NCBI GenBank assembly: GCA_035623825.1
Contig: DASPSR010000021.1
Coordinates: 40,342 to 104,341 of the forward strand
Direction of reading: 5' to 3'
DNA: 64,000 nt
From: Nitrospirota bacterium
GTDB taxonomy: Bacteria > Nitrospirota > UBA9217
Shown: positions 30,817-41,037 of the stretch, piece by piece
Layout of the letters: every line of letters begins with the position of its first letter
How positions within the stretch are numbered: position 1 is the first letter of the stretch
Position numbers and translations under genes: made by a program
Notes under the pieces: generated by a model
Told to the model about the DNA's origin: nothing
The model's input: the letters and a program-made list of their open reading frames with translations, nothing else
The model's database searches: none

Positions 30817-31419
30817 ATGAATATTGTTCTCGCCACGCGAAACAAAAAAAAGATCGAAGAGATCAAACGGATCGCCTTTGACCTGCCTGTTACCATTCTT
30901 TCCCTCGATGACTACCCGAACTGCCCCGAGGTGGTGGAGGACAAAGACACCTTCGAGGGGAATGCTGTAAAAAAAGCGGTCGAAGTCTGCAGCTGTACCG
31001 TGATGCCAGCCCTTGCTGACGATTCGGGTCTGGAAGTGGACGCTCTGGGCGGCGCGCCCGGTGTGCATTCTGCCAGATATGCGGGCGGCACAGGTGGCGG
31101 GAACGATATTAGAAATTATGAAAAGCTTCTCTTCGAACTCAAAGACGTTTCAGACGAGGAAAGAAGCGCCCAATTTGTCTGTTGCATGGCCTTGGCTTTC
31201 CCGGACGGGACGGTCAAGACCTTTTTCGGCTACGCAAAAGGTCGTATCGGGCGTGAGCCCAGAGGCGCGACAGGGTTCGGCTACGATCCGGTCTTCATTC
31301 CCGAAGGCCATGAAAGAACTTTTGCGGAGATGTCCGGTGAAGAGAAGGATCGCCTCAGTCACCGTGGAAAAGCTCTTGAAAAACTGGCCGATTTCCTTCA
31401 TTCGCAACCCTATTTATAA
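30817..31419 (+). CDS. rdgB: XTP/dITP diphosphatase
   Basis: [38 protein letters not shown]. Confidence 0.95.
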   Translation: MNIVLATRNKKKIEEIKRIAFDLPVTILSLDDYPNCPEVVEDKDTFEGNAVKKAVEVCSCTVMPALADDSGLEVDALGGAPGVHSARYAGGTGGGNDIRNYEKLLFELKDVSDEERSAQFVCCMALAFPDGTVKTFFGYAKGRIGREPRGATGFGYDPVFIPEGHERTFAEMSGEEKDRLSHRGKALEKLADFLHSQPYL

Positions 31420-31571
31420 ACAAAACTAATATTCAAATTATAATTTTTAACTTGAAAAAAAACTCGGTTTCAACGATTATAGCCAGGTTAAAAACTCACA
31501 AGCGTGTATTGCGCCTTTTAACATTCTCTTCTTAAAATAATAATAATCTTTTCTACGGAGGATCCATCCCG

Positions 31572-32219
31572 ATGGCCAAGAGGGTTGTGCTGCTCGGAGC
31601 GCCCGGTGCCGGCAAAGGCACGCAGGCGAAGATGCTGATTGAGAAGTACAAGATTCCGCAGATATCCACGGGGGACATCCTCAGAAAGGCAGTGGCCGAC
31701 GGCACGCCGCTCGGCAAAGAGGCAAAGGTGATCATGGACCAGGGCGGGCTCGTTTCGGACAAAATCGTGCTCGGCCTCGTGGAAGAGCGCATCAAGCAGC
31801 CCGACTGCAAGGCCGGCTTCATCCTCGACGGGTTCCCGCGCAATACGGCCCAGGCCGAGGCGCTGGACAAGATGCTCTCTGCGATGGGAGCCCCCCTTAC
31901 CATAGCGCTCAACATCGACGTGGACATGAACGATCTACTCAAGCGGCTCACCGGTCGGCGGACCTGCAAGGGCTGCCAGCAGATGTACAACATCTACTTC
32001 TCGCCGCCGAAAAAAGACGGCGTGTGCGACAAGTGCGGCGGCGCGCTCTTCCAGCGCGACGACGACAAGGAAGAGACTATCAAGAAGCGGCTCGACGTAT
32101 ACCAGAAACAGACCGCACCGCTCATTGATTACTACTCAAAGAAAAAGATCATGAAGACGGTCATGGGCGTGGGCAGCATCGACGAGATATTCAGAAAGGT
32201 CACCGCCGTCCTCGGGTAA
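31572..32219 (+). CDS. adk: adenylate kinase (zinc LID type)
   Basis: GAPGAGKGTQ, LDGFPR, LID CKGC..CDKC, QRDDD. Confidence 0.97.
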   Translation: MAKRVVLLGAPGAGKGTQAKMLIEKYKIPQISTGDILRKAVADGTPLGKEAKVIMDQGGLVSDKIVLGLVEERIKQPDCKAGFILDGFPRNTAQAEALDKMLSAMGAPLTIALNIDVDMNDLLKRLTGRRTCKGCQQMYNIYFSPPKKDGVCDKCGGALFQRDDDKEETIKKRLDVYQKQTAPLIDYYSKKKIMKTVMGVGSIDEIFRKVTAVLG

Positions 32220-32251
32220 GCGGGGATCACCGGTTTCATCAGAAACTAGGG

Positions 32252-32269
32252 TTGTGGTTCAGACCACAG
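32252..32269. promoter_or_regulatory. palindrome upstream of sat (TGTG-N8-CACA)
   Basis: TGTGGT-TCAG-ACCACA is a perfect 6-bp inverted repeat. Confidence 0.35.
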
Positions 32270-32307
32270 TGGATTATAAATTTAACATTCTTTAGGAGGA
32301 AATGATT

Positions 32308-33546
32308 ATGGCACTGGTAAAGCCTCACGGCAAAGCGAAGAAGCTCATGCCGCTTCTTCTGACCGGCTCGGCCCTTCAGAGAGAGCTCAAGAAGGCCAAG
32401 TCACTCAAGCAGCTCAGGATCTCTTCTCGCGAGACTTCTGATCTCGTTATGATGGGCATCGGAGCATTCACCCCCCTCAAGGGCTTCATGGGCAAAAAGG
32501 ACTGGAAGGGGGTCTGTGCGAACTACAAGATGGCCGACGGCACATTCTGGCCGATCCCGATCACACTTTCAGCGTCCACGGAGTTTGCCAAATCACTTAA
32601 GAAGAACGAGGAGATCACCCTCGTGGACGACGAGTCAGGCGAGATCATTGCAACGATGAAGGTGACCGAGAAGTACGCCATGTCCAAGGCGGACAAGGAG
32701 TTTGAGTGCAAGAATGTATTCCGGACGCTTGATATGGCGGAGCACCCGGGCGTGAAGAAGGTCATGGGACAGCCGGACTTCAACCTGGCTGGTCCGGTGA
32801 AGGTCCTCTCTGAGGCCCACTACCCCGAGACGTACAAGGGCATCTATATGACCCCGGCTCAGACCCGCAAGATGTTCGAGGAGAAGGGCTGGAGCAGGAT
32901 TGCGGCGTTCCAGACCCGGAACCCGATGCACCGCTCTCACGAATACCTCGCGAAGATCGCGATCGAGACCATGGACGGCGTGTTGATCCACCAGATCCTT
33001 GGCAAGCTGAAGGAAGGCGACATCCCCGCAGAGGTCCGCGCCAAGGCCATCGACACCCTCATGGAGAAGTACTTTGTGAAGGATACCGCCATTCAGTCCG
33101 GCTACCCCATGGAGATGCGCTATGCAGGCCCGCGCGAGGCGCTCCTCCACGCCCTGTTCCGCCAGAACTTCGGCTGCAGCCACCTGATCGTCGGCCGCGA
33201 TCACGCCGGCGTGGGCGATTACTACGGCCCCTTCGACGCCCAGAAGATCTTCGACGAGATACCGAAGGGCGCGCTCGAGACCCAGCCCCTCAAGATCGAT
33301 CACACCTTCTACTGCTTCAAGTGCGACGGCATGGCTTCAATGAAGTCCTGCCCTCACCAGAAAGAAGACCGGTTGATGTTGTCGGGCACGAAGCTCCGGA
33401 AGATGCTTTCGGAGGGAGAGAACATCCCCGATCATTTCAGCCGTCCCGAGGTGCTGGCGATCCTCAAGGAATACTACGCCGGCCTCACCGAGAAGGTGGA
33501 GATCAAGCTGCATAGCCATGCCGAGGGGACTCATACGCACAAATAA
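32308..33546 (+). CDS. sat: dissimilatory sulfate adenylyltransferase
   Basis: [38 protein letters not shown] zinc site, LSGTKLR. Confidence 0.97.
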   Translation: MALVKPHGKAKKLMPLLLTGSALQRELKKAKSLKQLRISSRETSDLVMMGIGAFTPLKGFMGKKDWKGVCANYKMADGTFWPIPITLSASTEFAKSLKKNEEITLVDDESGEIIATMKVTEKYAMSKADKEFECKNVFRTLDMAEHPGVKKVMGQPDFNLAGPVKVLSEAHYPETYKGIYMTPAQTRKMFEEKGWSRIAAFQTRNPMHRSHEYLAKIAIETMDGVLIHQILGKLKEGDIPAEVRAKAIDTLMEKYFVKDTAIQSGYPMEMRYAGPREALLHALFRQNFGCSHLIVGRDHAGVGDYYGPFDAQKIFDEIPKGALETQPLKIDHTFYCFKCDGMASMKSCPHQKEDRLMLSGTKLRKMLSEGENIPDHFSRPEVLAILKEYYAGLTEKVEIKLHSHAEGTHTHK

Positions 33547-33606
33547 CCACGGATCAACGACTGCAGATGCAGTTTACTACATTCCATAGATAGGAGGTTC
33601 AGAAAC

Positions 33607-34038
33607 ATGCCGAGTTATGTCATTACAGAGAAGTGTGACGGCTGCAAGGCGCAAGATAAGACTGCTTGCCAGTATATCTGCCCAAACGACCTCATGGCCC
33701 TGAACAGGGACCTCATGAAGGCGTACAACCAGGAGCCCGAGCAGTGCTGGGAGTGCTACAACTGCGTTAAGATCTGCCCGCAGCAGGCGATCGAGGTCCG
33801 TGGCTACCAGGATTTCAACCCCATGGGCGGCAACATCATCCCCATGAGGGGCACGGATTCCATCATGTGGACCGTGAAGTTCCGGAACGGGATCCTCAAG
33901 CGATTCAAGTTCCCGATCCGCACCACCGCAGAGGGCTCGGTCGATCCCTACAAGGGGAAGCCTGAGGCGGATTACGCAAAGCTCAAGCAGCCCGGCTACT
34001 TCACCACAGCGAAGGCCATGCCGGTCATCAAGAAATAA
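33607..34038 (+). CDS. aprB: adenylylsulfate reductase beta subunit
   Basis: CDGC...CQYICP and CWECYNCVKICP; FRNG..KRFKFPIRTT. Confidence 0.97.
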   Translation: MPSYVITEKCDGCKAQDKTACQYICPNDLMALNRDLMKAYNQEPEQCWECYNCVKICPQQAIEVRGYQDFNPMGGNIIPMRGTDSIMWTVKFRNGILKRFKFPIRTTAEGSVDPYKGKPEADYAKLKQPGYFTTAKAMPVIKK

Positions 34039-34053
34039 AGGAGGAAATGAAAA

Positions 34054-36072
34054 ATGGAAAAAGAAACCTGTACATTTTCGTTCTGCCAGAAGCCGGCAGT
34101 AGAAGAGATTGAGACCGATCTCCTCCTCATCGGCGGCGGCATGGCATGCTGCGGCGCGGCGTTCGAAGCCGCCCGCTGGGCAAACCCCAAGAAACTCAGA
34201 GTAACCATGGTGGACAAGGCCGCGACCGACCGGTCCGGCGCCGTTGCCATGGGTCTGTCGGCCATCAACACCTACTGCGGTGAAAACGATCCGGCGGACT
34301 ATGTAAAATACGTGCGGAACGACCTCATGGGCATCACCCGCGAGGACCTGGTCTATGACCTCGGCCGTCACGTCGACGATTCGGTTCATCACTTCGAGGA
34401 GTGGGGCCTGCCGGTCTGGAAAGTCGGCGACGACGGGTTCTCCCTCGACGGCTTCCAGGCAAAGGAAGCAGGGAAGGCCATGCTGAAGGACGGCGGCAAG
34501 CCGGTCCGTTCGGGTAAGTGGCAGATCATGATCAACGGTGAGTCCTACAAGGTCATCGTTGCCGAAGCCGCAAAGAAGGCCCTCGAGACCAACAGGGCGG
34601 CCACGGGTGTGAAGCAGAACCATTACGAGCGCGTGTTCATCGTGAAGCTCTACAAGGACGCAAACGAGCCGAACCGCGTCGCGGCGGCGGCGGGCTTCAG
34701 CGTACGTGAGAACAAGATCTACATCTTCAGGGCCAAGGCCATGGTGCTCGCAGCCGGCGGCGCGGTGAACGTGTTCCGTCCCCGGTCGACCCAGGAGGGC
34801 CAGGGCCGCGCCTGGTATCCGGTATGGAACTCCGGCTCCGGTTATGCCCTCGGCATGCAGGTCGGCGCCGAGCTTACCATGATGGAGAACCGTTTCGTGC
34901 CCGCCCGCTTCAAGGACGGCTACGGCCCGGTGGGCGCCTGGTTCCTGTTCTTCAAGGCCAAGGCGACCAACAGCCTCGGCGAGGACTACTGCGCCAACGC
35001 CGAGTATGTGGATGATGCAAAGAAGCGCTATGGCAAATACGTTGACGCGCTGGGTACGGCCATCAGGAACCACCTGATGATGAAGGACATGAAAGCCGGC
35101 AAAGGCCCGATCATCATGAGAACGCACGAGGCCATGGCTGCAATCAACAAGACCTTCAAGGAGAAGCTCGGAGACAAGGAAGGCGCCAAGAAGGTGAAAC
35201 ACCTCGAGGCCGAGGCGTGGGAAGACTTCCTCGACATGTGCATCGGCCAGGCCGGCCTCTGGGCTTCGAAGAACATCGAACCGGACAAGACCCCGTCCGA
35301 AATCATGCCGACGGAGCCTTACCTCCTCGGCTCGCATGCGGGTTGCGCGGGCTTCTGGTGCTGCGGTCCCGAAGACCTCGGCGCGCCGGAGGAATGGAAC
35401 AAGAAATGGCCGGTCGGGAGCTACAACCGTCAATCTACGGTGAAAGGCCTGTTTATGTGCGGCGACATTTGCGGAGCCTCGGGCCACAAGTTCTCCTCGG
35501 GTTCTCATGCAGAGGGCCGTATCGCGGCCAAGAGCGCGATCGCGTTCATTCTCGACAATCCGAACTACAAGCCGACCATCAAGGAAACGGCGGACCACCT
35601 GGCGGGCGAGCTCTATCTTCCCTTCGAGGTCTATGAGAAATACAAGACCTACACCACGGATACCAACACCAACCCGCACTACATCAAGCCGAAGATGCTC
35701 CAGACCAGGCTCCAGAAGATCGCCGACGAGTATTTTGGCGGAATCTCGACCTGGTATATGACCTCCAAGACGATGCTGAACGAAGGTCTCGCCCAGCTCG
35801 AGATGCTGAAGGAAGACACGAACAAGATGGCGGCAAGCAACCTGCACGAACTGATGCGCTGCTGGGAGAACTACCACCGCATCCTCTCCGTGGAGGCCCA
35901 TGCACGACACATCCTGTTCCGTGAAGAGTCCCGGTATCCCGGCTACTACTATCGCGGCGACTTCGACCTAGTGGACGACAACAACTGGAAGTGTTTCGTC
36001 AACTCCAAGTACGATGCCGAGAAGAACACCTGGGAGCTCAAGAAGGTCCCCTACGTACAGCTGGTTCCATAA
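34054..36072 (+). CDS. aprA: adenylylsulfate reductase alpha subunit
   Basis: GGGMACCG, RSGAVAMGLSAINTY, WQIMINGE, RFKDGYGPVGAWF, SGHKFSSGSHAEGR. Confidence 0.98.
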   Translation: MEKETCTFSFCQKPAVEEIETDLLLIGGGMACCGAAFEAARWANPKKLRVTMVDKAATDRSGAVAMGLSAINTYCGENDPADYVKYVRNDLMGITREDLVYDLGRHVDDSVHHFEEWGLPVWKVGDDGFSLDGFQAKEAGKAMLKDGGKPVRSGKWQIMINGESYKVIVAEAAKKALETNRAATGVKQNHYERVFIVKLYKDANEPNRVAAAAGFSVRENKIYIFRAKAMVLAAGGAVNVFRPRSTQEGQGRAWYPVWNSGSGYALGMQVGAELTMMENRFVPARFKDGYGPVGAWFLFFKAKATNSLGEDYCANAEYVDDAKKRYGKYVDALGTAIRNHLMMKDMKAGKGPIIMRTHEAMAAINKTFKEKLGDKEGAKKVKHLEAEAWEDFLDMCIGQAGLWASKNIEPDKTPSEIMPTEPYLLGSHAGCAGFWCCGPEDLGAPEEWNKKWPVGSYNRQSTVKGLFMCGDICGASGHKFSSGSHAEGRIAAKSAIAFILDNPNYKPTIKETADHLAGELYLPFEVYEKYKTYTTDTNTNPHYIKPKMLQTRLQKIADEYFGGISTWYMTSKTMLNEGLAQLEMLKEDTNKMAASNLHELMRCWENYHRILSVEAHARHILFREESRYPGYYYRGDFDLVDDNNWKCFVNSKYDAEKNTWELKKVPYVQLVP

Positions 36073-36085
36073 GTCTGACATCAGG

Positions 36086-36117
36086 CCGGAGAGGGCATGC
36101 GCCCTCTCCGGAATTTT
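36086..36117 (+). terminator. strong hairpin after aprA (partial terminator or mRNA stabiliser)
   Basis: CCGGAGAGGGC-ATGC-GCCCTCTCCGG perfect 11-bp stem, then AATTTT. Confidence 0.65.
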
Positions 36118-36120
36118 CTC

Positions 36121-36204
36121 AATTCAAAATGTAAAATGAAAAATGCAAGCGAGAGGCGTGTGTACACGGCACACTTTTGCACTTTGCATCTTGCATTTTG
36201 ACTT
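36121..36204. repeat. inverted arrays of tandem heptamers
   Basis: AATTCAA AATGTAA AATGAAA AATGCAA ... TTGCACT TTGCATC TTGCATT TTGACTT. Confidence 0.7.
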
Positions 36205-36236
36205 TGGTTCTCTGCTTTAAGGAGGGAAACACAATC

Positions 36237-37487
36237 ATGGCGGAAAATAAGGTGTTGGTTGTCGGCGGAGGGTTCAGCGGCCTGACGGCGGCAGTGGAGG
36301 CCGCGGAAGCCGGTTCCGATGTCATCATCGTGGAAAAGAATCCCTATCTGGGCGGCAGGGTGACGCAGCTGAACAAGTACTTCTGGAAAATGTGCCCTCC
36401 GAACTGCGGCCTTGAAATCCAGTACAAGCGGATCAAGAACAACGGCCAGGTCACCATCTATACCATGGCCGAGGTGGAGAAGATCGCAGGCAGCGAAGGC
36501 AACTTCGACGTGACCGTCAAAGTAAGGCCGCGATTCGTCAACGACAAGTGCGTGGCATGCAACAAGTGCGCAGAAGCCTGCGATATCGAGCGTCCGAACG
36601 ATTTCGACTTCGGGATGAGCAAGACGAAAGCCGCCTATCTGCCCCACAACCAGGCGTTTCCGCTCCAGTATGTCATTGACGAGAAGACCTGCAAGGGTCC
36701 CTCTTGCGGAAAGTGCGCGGATGCCTGCAAGTACGATGCAATCCATCTTGACATGAAACCTCAGACGGTGAACGTGAAGGTGGGGGCCATTGTCATGGCA
36801 ACGGGCTGGAATCCGTATGACGCCACAAAGATGGACATCCTCGGGTTCGGCAAGGTCCAGAACGTGATCACGAACATGATGATGGAGCGGCTCGCCGCTC
36901 CCAACGGTCCCACGGGCGGGAAGATCGTCCGGCCTTCCGACGGCAAAGAGGTGAAGAACATCGCCTTTGTGCAGTGCGCGGGTTCGCGCGACGAGAACCA
37001 CCTCCCGTTCTGCTCCTACATCTGCTGCCTGGCGTCGCTGAAGCAGGCGACCTATGTCAGGGAGCTCTACCCCGACTCCAAGGCCAAGATCTTCTACATC
37101 GACATCAGGACACCCGGGCTCTTCGAAAACCGGTTCTACGCCAAGCTCCAGCAGGATGCGAACGTTTCCTTCCTCAAGGGCAAAGTGGCAAAGATCGAGC
37201 AGGGCGAGAACGGCGACGTGAAAGTCACCGCCGAGGATATCTTGAGCGGCGGTAAGGTCACGGAAACCTTCGACCTGGTGGTGCTGGCCACGGGGATGGA
37301 ACCAACAGCCCGGTCACTTAAGGGGGCGGGCGTTCCCGTGACCGAAGACGGGTTCGTGGACCAGTCGACGCTGCCCGTGGGCATATACGCGACCGGCACG
37401 CTCAAGACGCCGGTTGACGTGGCGCGCTCCGCGCAGGACGCAACCGGCGTGGTGATGAAGAGCATCCAGAGCTTGAGGAGGAAATAG
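36237..37487 (+). CDS. qmoA: QmoA (HdrA-like flavoprotein)
   Basis: VVGGGFSG, KMCPPNCG, ferredoxin motifs, QCAGSRD, CSYICC, YIDIR; follows aprA. Confidence 0.93.
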   Translation: MAENKVLVVGGGFSGLTAAVEAAEAGSDVIIVEKNPYLGGRVTQLNKYFWKMCPPNCGLEIQYKRIKNNGQVTIYTMAEVEKIAGSEGNFDVTVKVRPRFVNDKCVACNKCAEACDIERPNDFDFGMSKTKAAYLPHNQAFPLQYVIDEKTCKGPSCGKCADACKYDAIHLDMKPQTVNVKVGAIVMATGWNPYDATKMDILGFGKVQNVITNMMMERLAAPNGPTGGKIVRPSDGKEVKNIAFVQCAGSRDENHLPFCSYICCLASLKQATYVRELYPDSKAKIFYIDIRTPGLFENRFYAKLQQDANVSFLKGKVAKIEQGENGDVKVTAEDILSGGKVTETFDLVVLATGMEPTARSLKGAGVPVTEDGFVDQSTLPVGIYATGTLKTPVDVARSAQDATGVVMKSIQSLRRK

Positions 37488-37489
37488 GG

Positions 37490-39724
37490 ATGGAGAAGAA
37501 ATTCGGCGTATATATATGTAAAGGATGCGGCATCAAGGACGCCATGGACGTCGAGAAGGTCGCCGGTGCGGCCAAGAAGGTCCAGAACTACAAGTTCCAC
37601 GATGTCCTGTGCAGCCCCGAGGGCGTTCAGCTTATCAAGGATGACATCGCGAAAGAAGGCATAAATACCATTATCATCGCAGCTTGTTCCCCGCGCGTGA
37701 AGTATGAGGAATTCTCCTTTGCGGGCGCGCTCGTGGAGCGCGTGAATATCCGCGAGTTCGTGGCCTGGACCCTGGAACCGAACACGGACGAGGCAAACGA
37801 CGCAGCGTACGACTACCTTTCGATGGGAATCGTGAAGGCTCAGAAGGGCGACCTGCCGCAACCGAACATCCTGGCAGACCTCTCCAGCACCATCCTTGTG
37901 ATCGGCGGAGGCATGGCGGGCATGACCGCCGCACTCTCGGCCGCCAAAGCGGGTCAGAATGTGGTCCTCGTGGAGAAAGAGGAACAGCTGGGCGGCTTCG
38001 TGAACAAGCTATACAAGAAGATACCGACGGGCACCTACTTTAAACAGCCGCTCATCGTGGACACGGACATCGCCACGACCGTGGGTGAGGTATCAAGCAA
38101 TCCCAACATCAAAGTCTATAAATCAACGACCGTTACCAAGACCGACGGCCAGCCTGGCCTCTACGACGTGACCCTCTCGAACGGCGAGACCCTGAAGATC
38201 GGCTCCATCATCATGGCCACGGGTTGGAAGCCCTATGATGCAAGCAAACTGGATCATCTCGGTTACGGCAAGTTCAAGAACGTGGTCACCAACCTCGAGT
38301 TCGAGGAGATTGCGAAGAAGAATAACGGCAAGATCCTCCGCCCCTCCGACGGCAAGGAGGCGATGAAGGTGGCCTTCATCCAATGCGCGGGCCAACGAAA
38401 CCCGAACCACCTGCCCTATTGCTCCGCCATGTGCTGTGCAACGTCCCTCAAGCAGGCCCAGTACGTCCGCCAGAACAAGGACGCGCTGGCCATGATCTTC
38501 TATATCGACATTCGGACGCCAGGCAGGACCGAGATTTATTACAAAGAGGCTCAAAACGACCCGGGCGTGATGCTCTCCAAGGCCGATGTGACCGGCGTGT
38601 CGGACGCACAGAATGGGAATCTCTACGTTGAGATGGAGAACACGCTCTTCGGTCTGAAGACCGGTGAAAAGGTGAAGGTGGAGGCTGACCTCGTGGTGCT
38701 GGCAACGGGCATGGTGCCAACCACGCGTGCGGCCCAGGAATATCTTGACGGCCTGACCAAGGCGGCAGCGGGGGGGGACGAGTCCAAGAAGAATTACCTC
38801 GAGCAGACCCCCAAACCGGAGTATATCCTGAACCTCGGCTACCGCCAGGGACCGGAAATCCCCTCCCTTGAAGGCGCCGTGGGCTTCGCGGACTCGAACT
38901 TCATCTGTTTCCAGTATGAGACCCGCCGTACCGGCATCTACGCGGCCGGAAGCGTGCACCAGCCCATGAATATGGCCGAGGCCCAGGAGGACGGAGCGGG
39001 AGCGGCCTTCAAGGCGATCCAGGCCATAGACCACGTGGCAAGGGGCGTCGCGGTCCATCCGCGGGCCTGGGACCTCACGTTCCCGGACCCGCTCCTCATC
39101 AAGTGCACGGCGTGCAAGCGGTGTACGGAAGAGTGTCCGTTCGGAGCCATCGACGAGGACGAGAAGGGCATTCCCTACTACAAGATCAACCGGTGCCGCC
39201 GCTGCGGCACGTGCATGGGCGCCTGCCCCGAGCGCATCGTGTCCTTCAAGGACTATAGCGTCGATATCGTCGGTTCGATGCTCAAAGCCGTAGACGTGCC
39301 CGATGATGAGGACATCACGAGAATCATCTGCCTCGTGTGCGAGAACGACGCGTATCCCGCGCTCGACACTCTGGCCGTCAACCGGAAGAAGCTCGACCCA
39401 AGTGTCCGCTTCCTCCCGCTCCGCTGCCTGGGCGGCATGAACCTCGTCTGGGTCGCTGACGCGCTCTCGAAGGGCATCGACGGCATGCTGCTTCTGGGCT
39501 GTAAATTCGGCGAGAACTACCAGTGCCACTTCGTGAAGGGAAGCGAACTCGCAAATACCCGCTTCAGCAAGGTGAGCGAGACCCTGAACAGGCTCCAGCT
39601 TGAATCCGAGCGCGTTGGGTTGTTGCAGATCGCCATCAATGAGTACGACAAGCTGCCCGAGATGATCAATGAGTTCGTGGAGAAGGTAAAGGGATTCGGG
39701 CCGAATCCTTTTAAGAGCATGTAA
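37490..39724 (+). CDS. qmoB: QmoB (HdrA-like + ferredoxin + MvhD domain)
   Basis: IGGGMAG, CTACKRCTEECP, CRRCGTCMGACP, C-terminal CENDAY..RCLG..GC..YQCHF. Confidence 0.94.
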   Translation: MEKKFGVYICKGCGIKDAMDVEKVAGAAKKVQNYKFHDVLCSPEGVQLIKDDIAKEGINTIIIAACSPRVKYEEFSFAGALVERVNIREFVAWTLEPNTDEANDAAYDYLSMGIVKAQKGDLPQPNILADLSSTILVIGGGMAGMTAALSAAKAGQNVVLVEKEEQLGGFVNKLYKKIPTGTYFKQPLIVDTDIATTVGEVSSNPNIKVYKSTTVTKTDGQPGLYDVTLSNGETLKIGSIIMATGWKPYDASKLDHLGYGKFKNVVTNLEFEEIAKKNNGKILRPSDGKEAMKVAFIQCAGQRNPNHLPYCSAMCCATSLKQAQYVRQNKDALAMIFYIDIRTPGRTEIYYKEAQNDPGVMLSKADVTGVSDAQNGNLYVEMENTLFGLKTGEKVKVEADLVVLATGMVPTTRAAQEYLDGLTKAAAGGDESKKNYLEQTPKPEYILNLGYRQGPEIPSLEGAVGFADSNFICFQYETRRTGIYAAGSVHQPMNMAEAQEDGAGAAFKAIQAIDHVARGVAVHPRAWDLTFPDPLLIKCTACKRCTEECPFGAIDEDEKGIPYYKINRCRRCGTCMGACPERIVSFKDYSVDIVGSMLKAVDVPDDEDITRIICLVCENDAYPALDTLAVNRKKLDPSVRFLPLRCLGGMNLVWVADALSKGIDGMLLLGCKFGENYQCHFVKGSELANTRFSKVSETLNRLQLESERVGLLQIAINEYDKLPEMINEFVEKVKGFGPNPFKSM

Positions 39725-39780
39725 GCGTCAGTGCGGAGTTCACCACCATCAACTCCTAATCAAGTAATGGGAGGATTTAC

Positions 39781-40947
39781 ATGTCAGATGCAACTGTCAT
39801 TAAACCGGATTTAGCATTCGTGAACGATGTCATCAGGGGCGGCGGAGAGTCTCTGAAAAAGTGCTACCAGTGCGCTACCTGCTCGGTGGTCTGCAACGTA
39901 ACACCTGAAGGAAACCCCTTCCCCCGGAAGGAGATGGTCCTCGCACAGTGGGGTCAGAAGGACAAGCTCATTACGAGCGCCGATGTCTGGCTCTGCCACC
40001 AGTGCAGCGACTGTACTGCCTACTGCCCGCGCGGCGCAAAGCCGGGCGAGGTGCTGAACGCGATCCGCAAGCAGAGCATCAAACACGTTGCCATGGTGCC
40101 GTTCTTCGCGCAGATCGCAACGGACGCGAAGCTAATCTGGCTCCTGTTCGCCATCCCCATGGTGCTGTTCTACGTGATCCTGATGGCGCTCGGGCACGCG
40201 AACTTTTCCGCCCCGAGGGCCGAAGGCAACATCATGGCCTACCATACGTTCGTTCCCGTTCCGGTGATTGATACCGTGTTCATTCTGACGGCGGTTTTTG
40301 CCGTAGTGTCGGCCTTTGTGGGCATCAAACGCCTCTGGAGCGGGATGAAAGCGCAGGCGGGGGATATGAAGTCTACGGGAAATCTTGCCGGTGACATCAT
40401 TGCCTCGATTACCCAGATTCTGGCTCACTCAAAATTCGCGGACTGCAATGTAAACCGGGCGCGGCAGTGGGGCCACATGCTCCTCTTTTACAGTTTTGCA
40501 GGCCTCGCGGTCGTGACCACCTGGGCGATCGTGTATCTCTATGGTTTCGAACTCCTCGGCATCAAGCCGTTCGGGCCCTTCCACTTCGGCGAATCGCCCT
40601 ATCCGAACAGCGATCCCGTGAAGATCCTTGCCCTCATAAGCTCCATCGCCTTCGCAGCAGGCATCGTGATCCTGCTGATTAACCGCTTCGCCAAGGCCGG
40701 CAAGGCGGGCATGGGCTCTTATTTCGATTGGATCTTCCTGCTGATCGTGATCGGCGTCGGTGCAACGGGCATGCTCTCCTGGGCGCTTCGCCTGGCTGAC
40801 GTAAGCGCGGGATATCTTGTATACTACTTTCATCTCGTGTTCATCTGGTCACTGTTCGCGTATGCGCCGTATTCAAAGTTTGCACACCTGTTCTACCGCA
40901 CGACCGCCATGGTGTTCGTGAGGTATTCAGGGCGTGATAAAAAGTAA
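39781..40947 (+). CDS. qmoC: QmoC (HdrC-like FeS domain + heme b membrane domain)
   Basis: CYQCATCSVVC, CHQCSDCTAYCP, TM helices with His (YFHLVF, SKFAHLFY). Confidence 0.95.
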   Translation: MSDATVIKPDLAFVNDVIRGGGESLKKCYQCATCSVVCNVTPEGNPFPRKEMVLAQWGQKDKLITSADVWLCHQCSDCTAYCPRGAKPGEVLNAIRKQSIKHVAMVPFFAQIATDAKLIWLLFAIPMVLFYVILMALGHANFSAPRAEGNIMAYHTFVPVPVIDTVFILTAVFAVVSAFVGIKRLWSGMKAQAGDMKSTGNLAGDIIASITQILAHSKFADCNVNRARQWGHMLLFYSFAGLAVVTTWAIVYLYGFELLGIKPFGPFHFGESPYPNSDPVKILALISSIAFAAGIVILLINRFAKAGKAGMGSYFDWIFLLIVIGVGATGMLSWALRLADVSAGYLVYYFHLVFIWSLFAYAPYSKFAHLFYRTTAMVFVRYSGRDKK

Positions 40948-41037
40948 ACGATCTTGCCGAACCAACGTCTTTACCGGCAGAAATCGGAAGACTTCTCTAA
41001 TCCGGATAAACCGTTTTCTCTATGCGTGGAGTAAGTT

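Noticed and set aside
33577-35910. 777-aa antisense ORF over aprBA
   Set aside because: Shadow ORF. aprB and aprA share a frame and their biased codons avoid TTA/CTA/TCA, which removes antisense stops. The translation has no recognisable motifs.
38123-39529. 468-aa antisense ORF over qmoB, and similar ones over sat, qmoA, hppA, uvrA and atpA
   Set aside because: Same codon-bias shadow effect opposite well-supported genes
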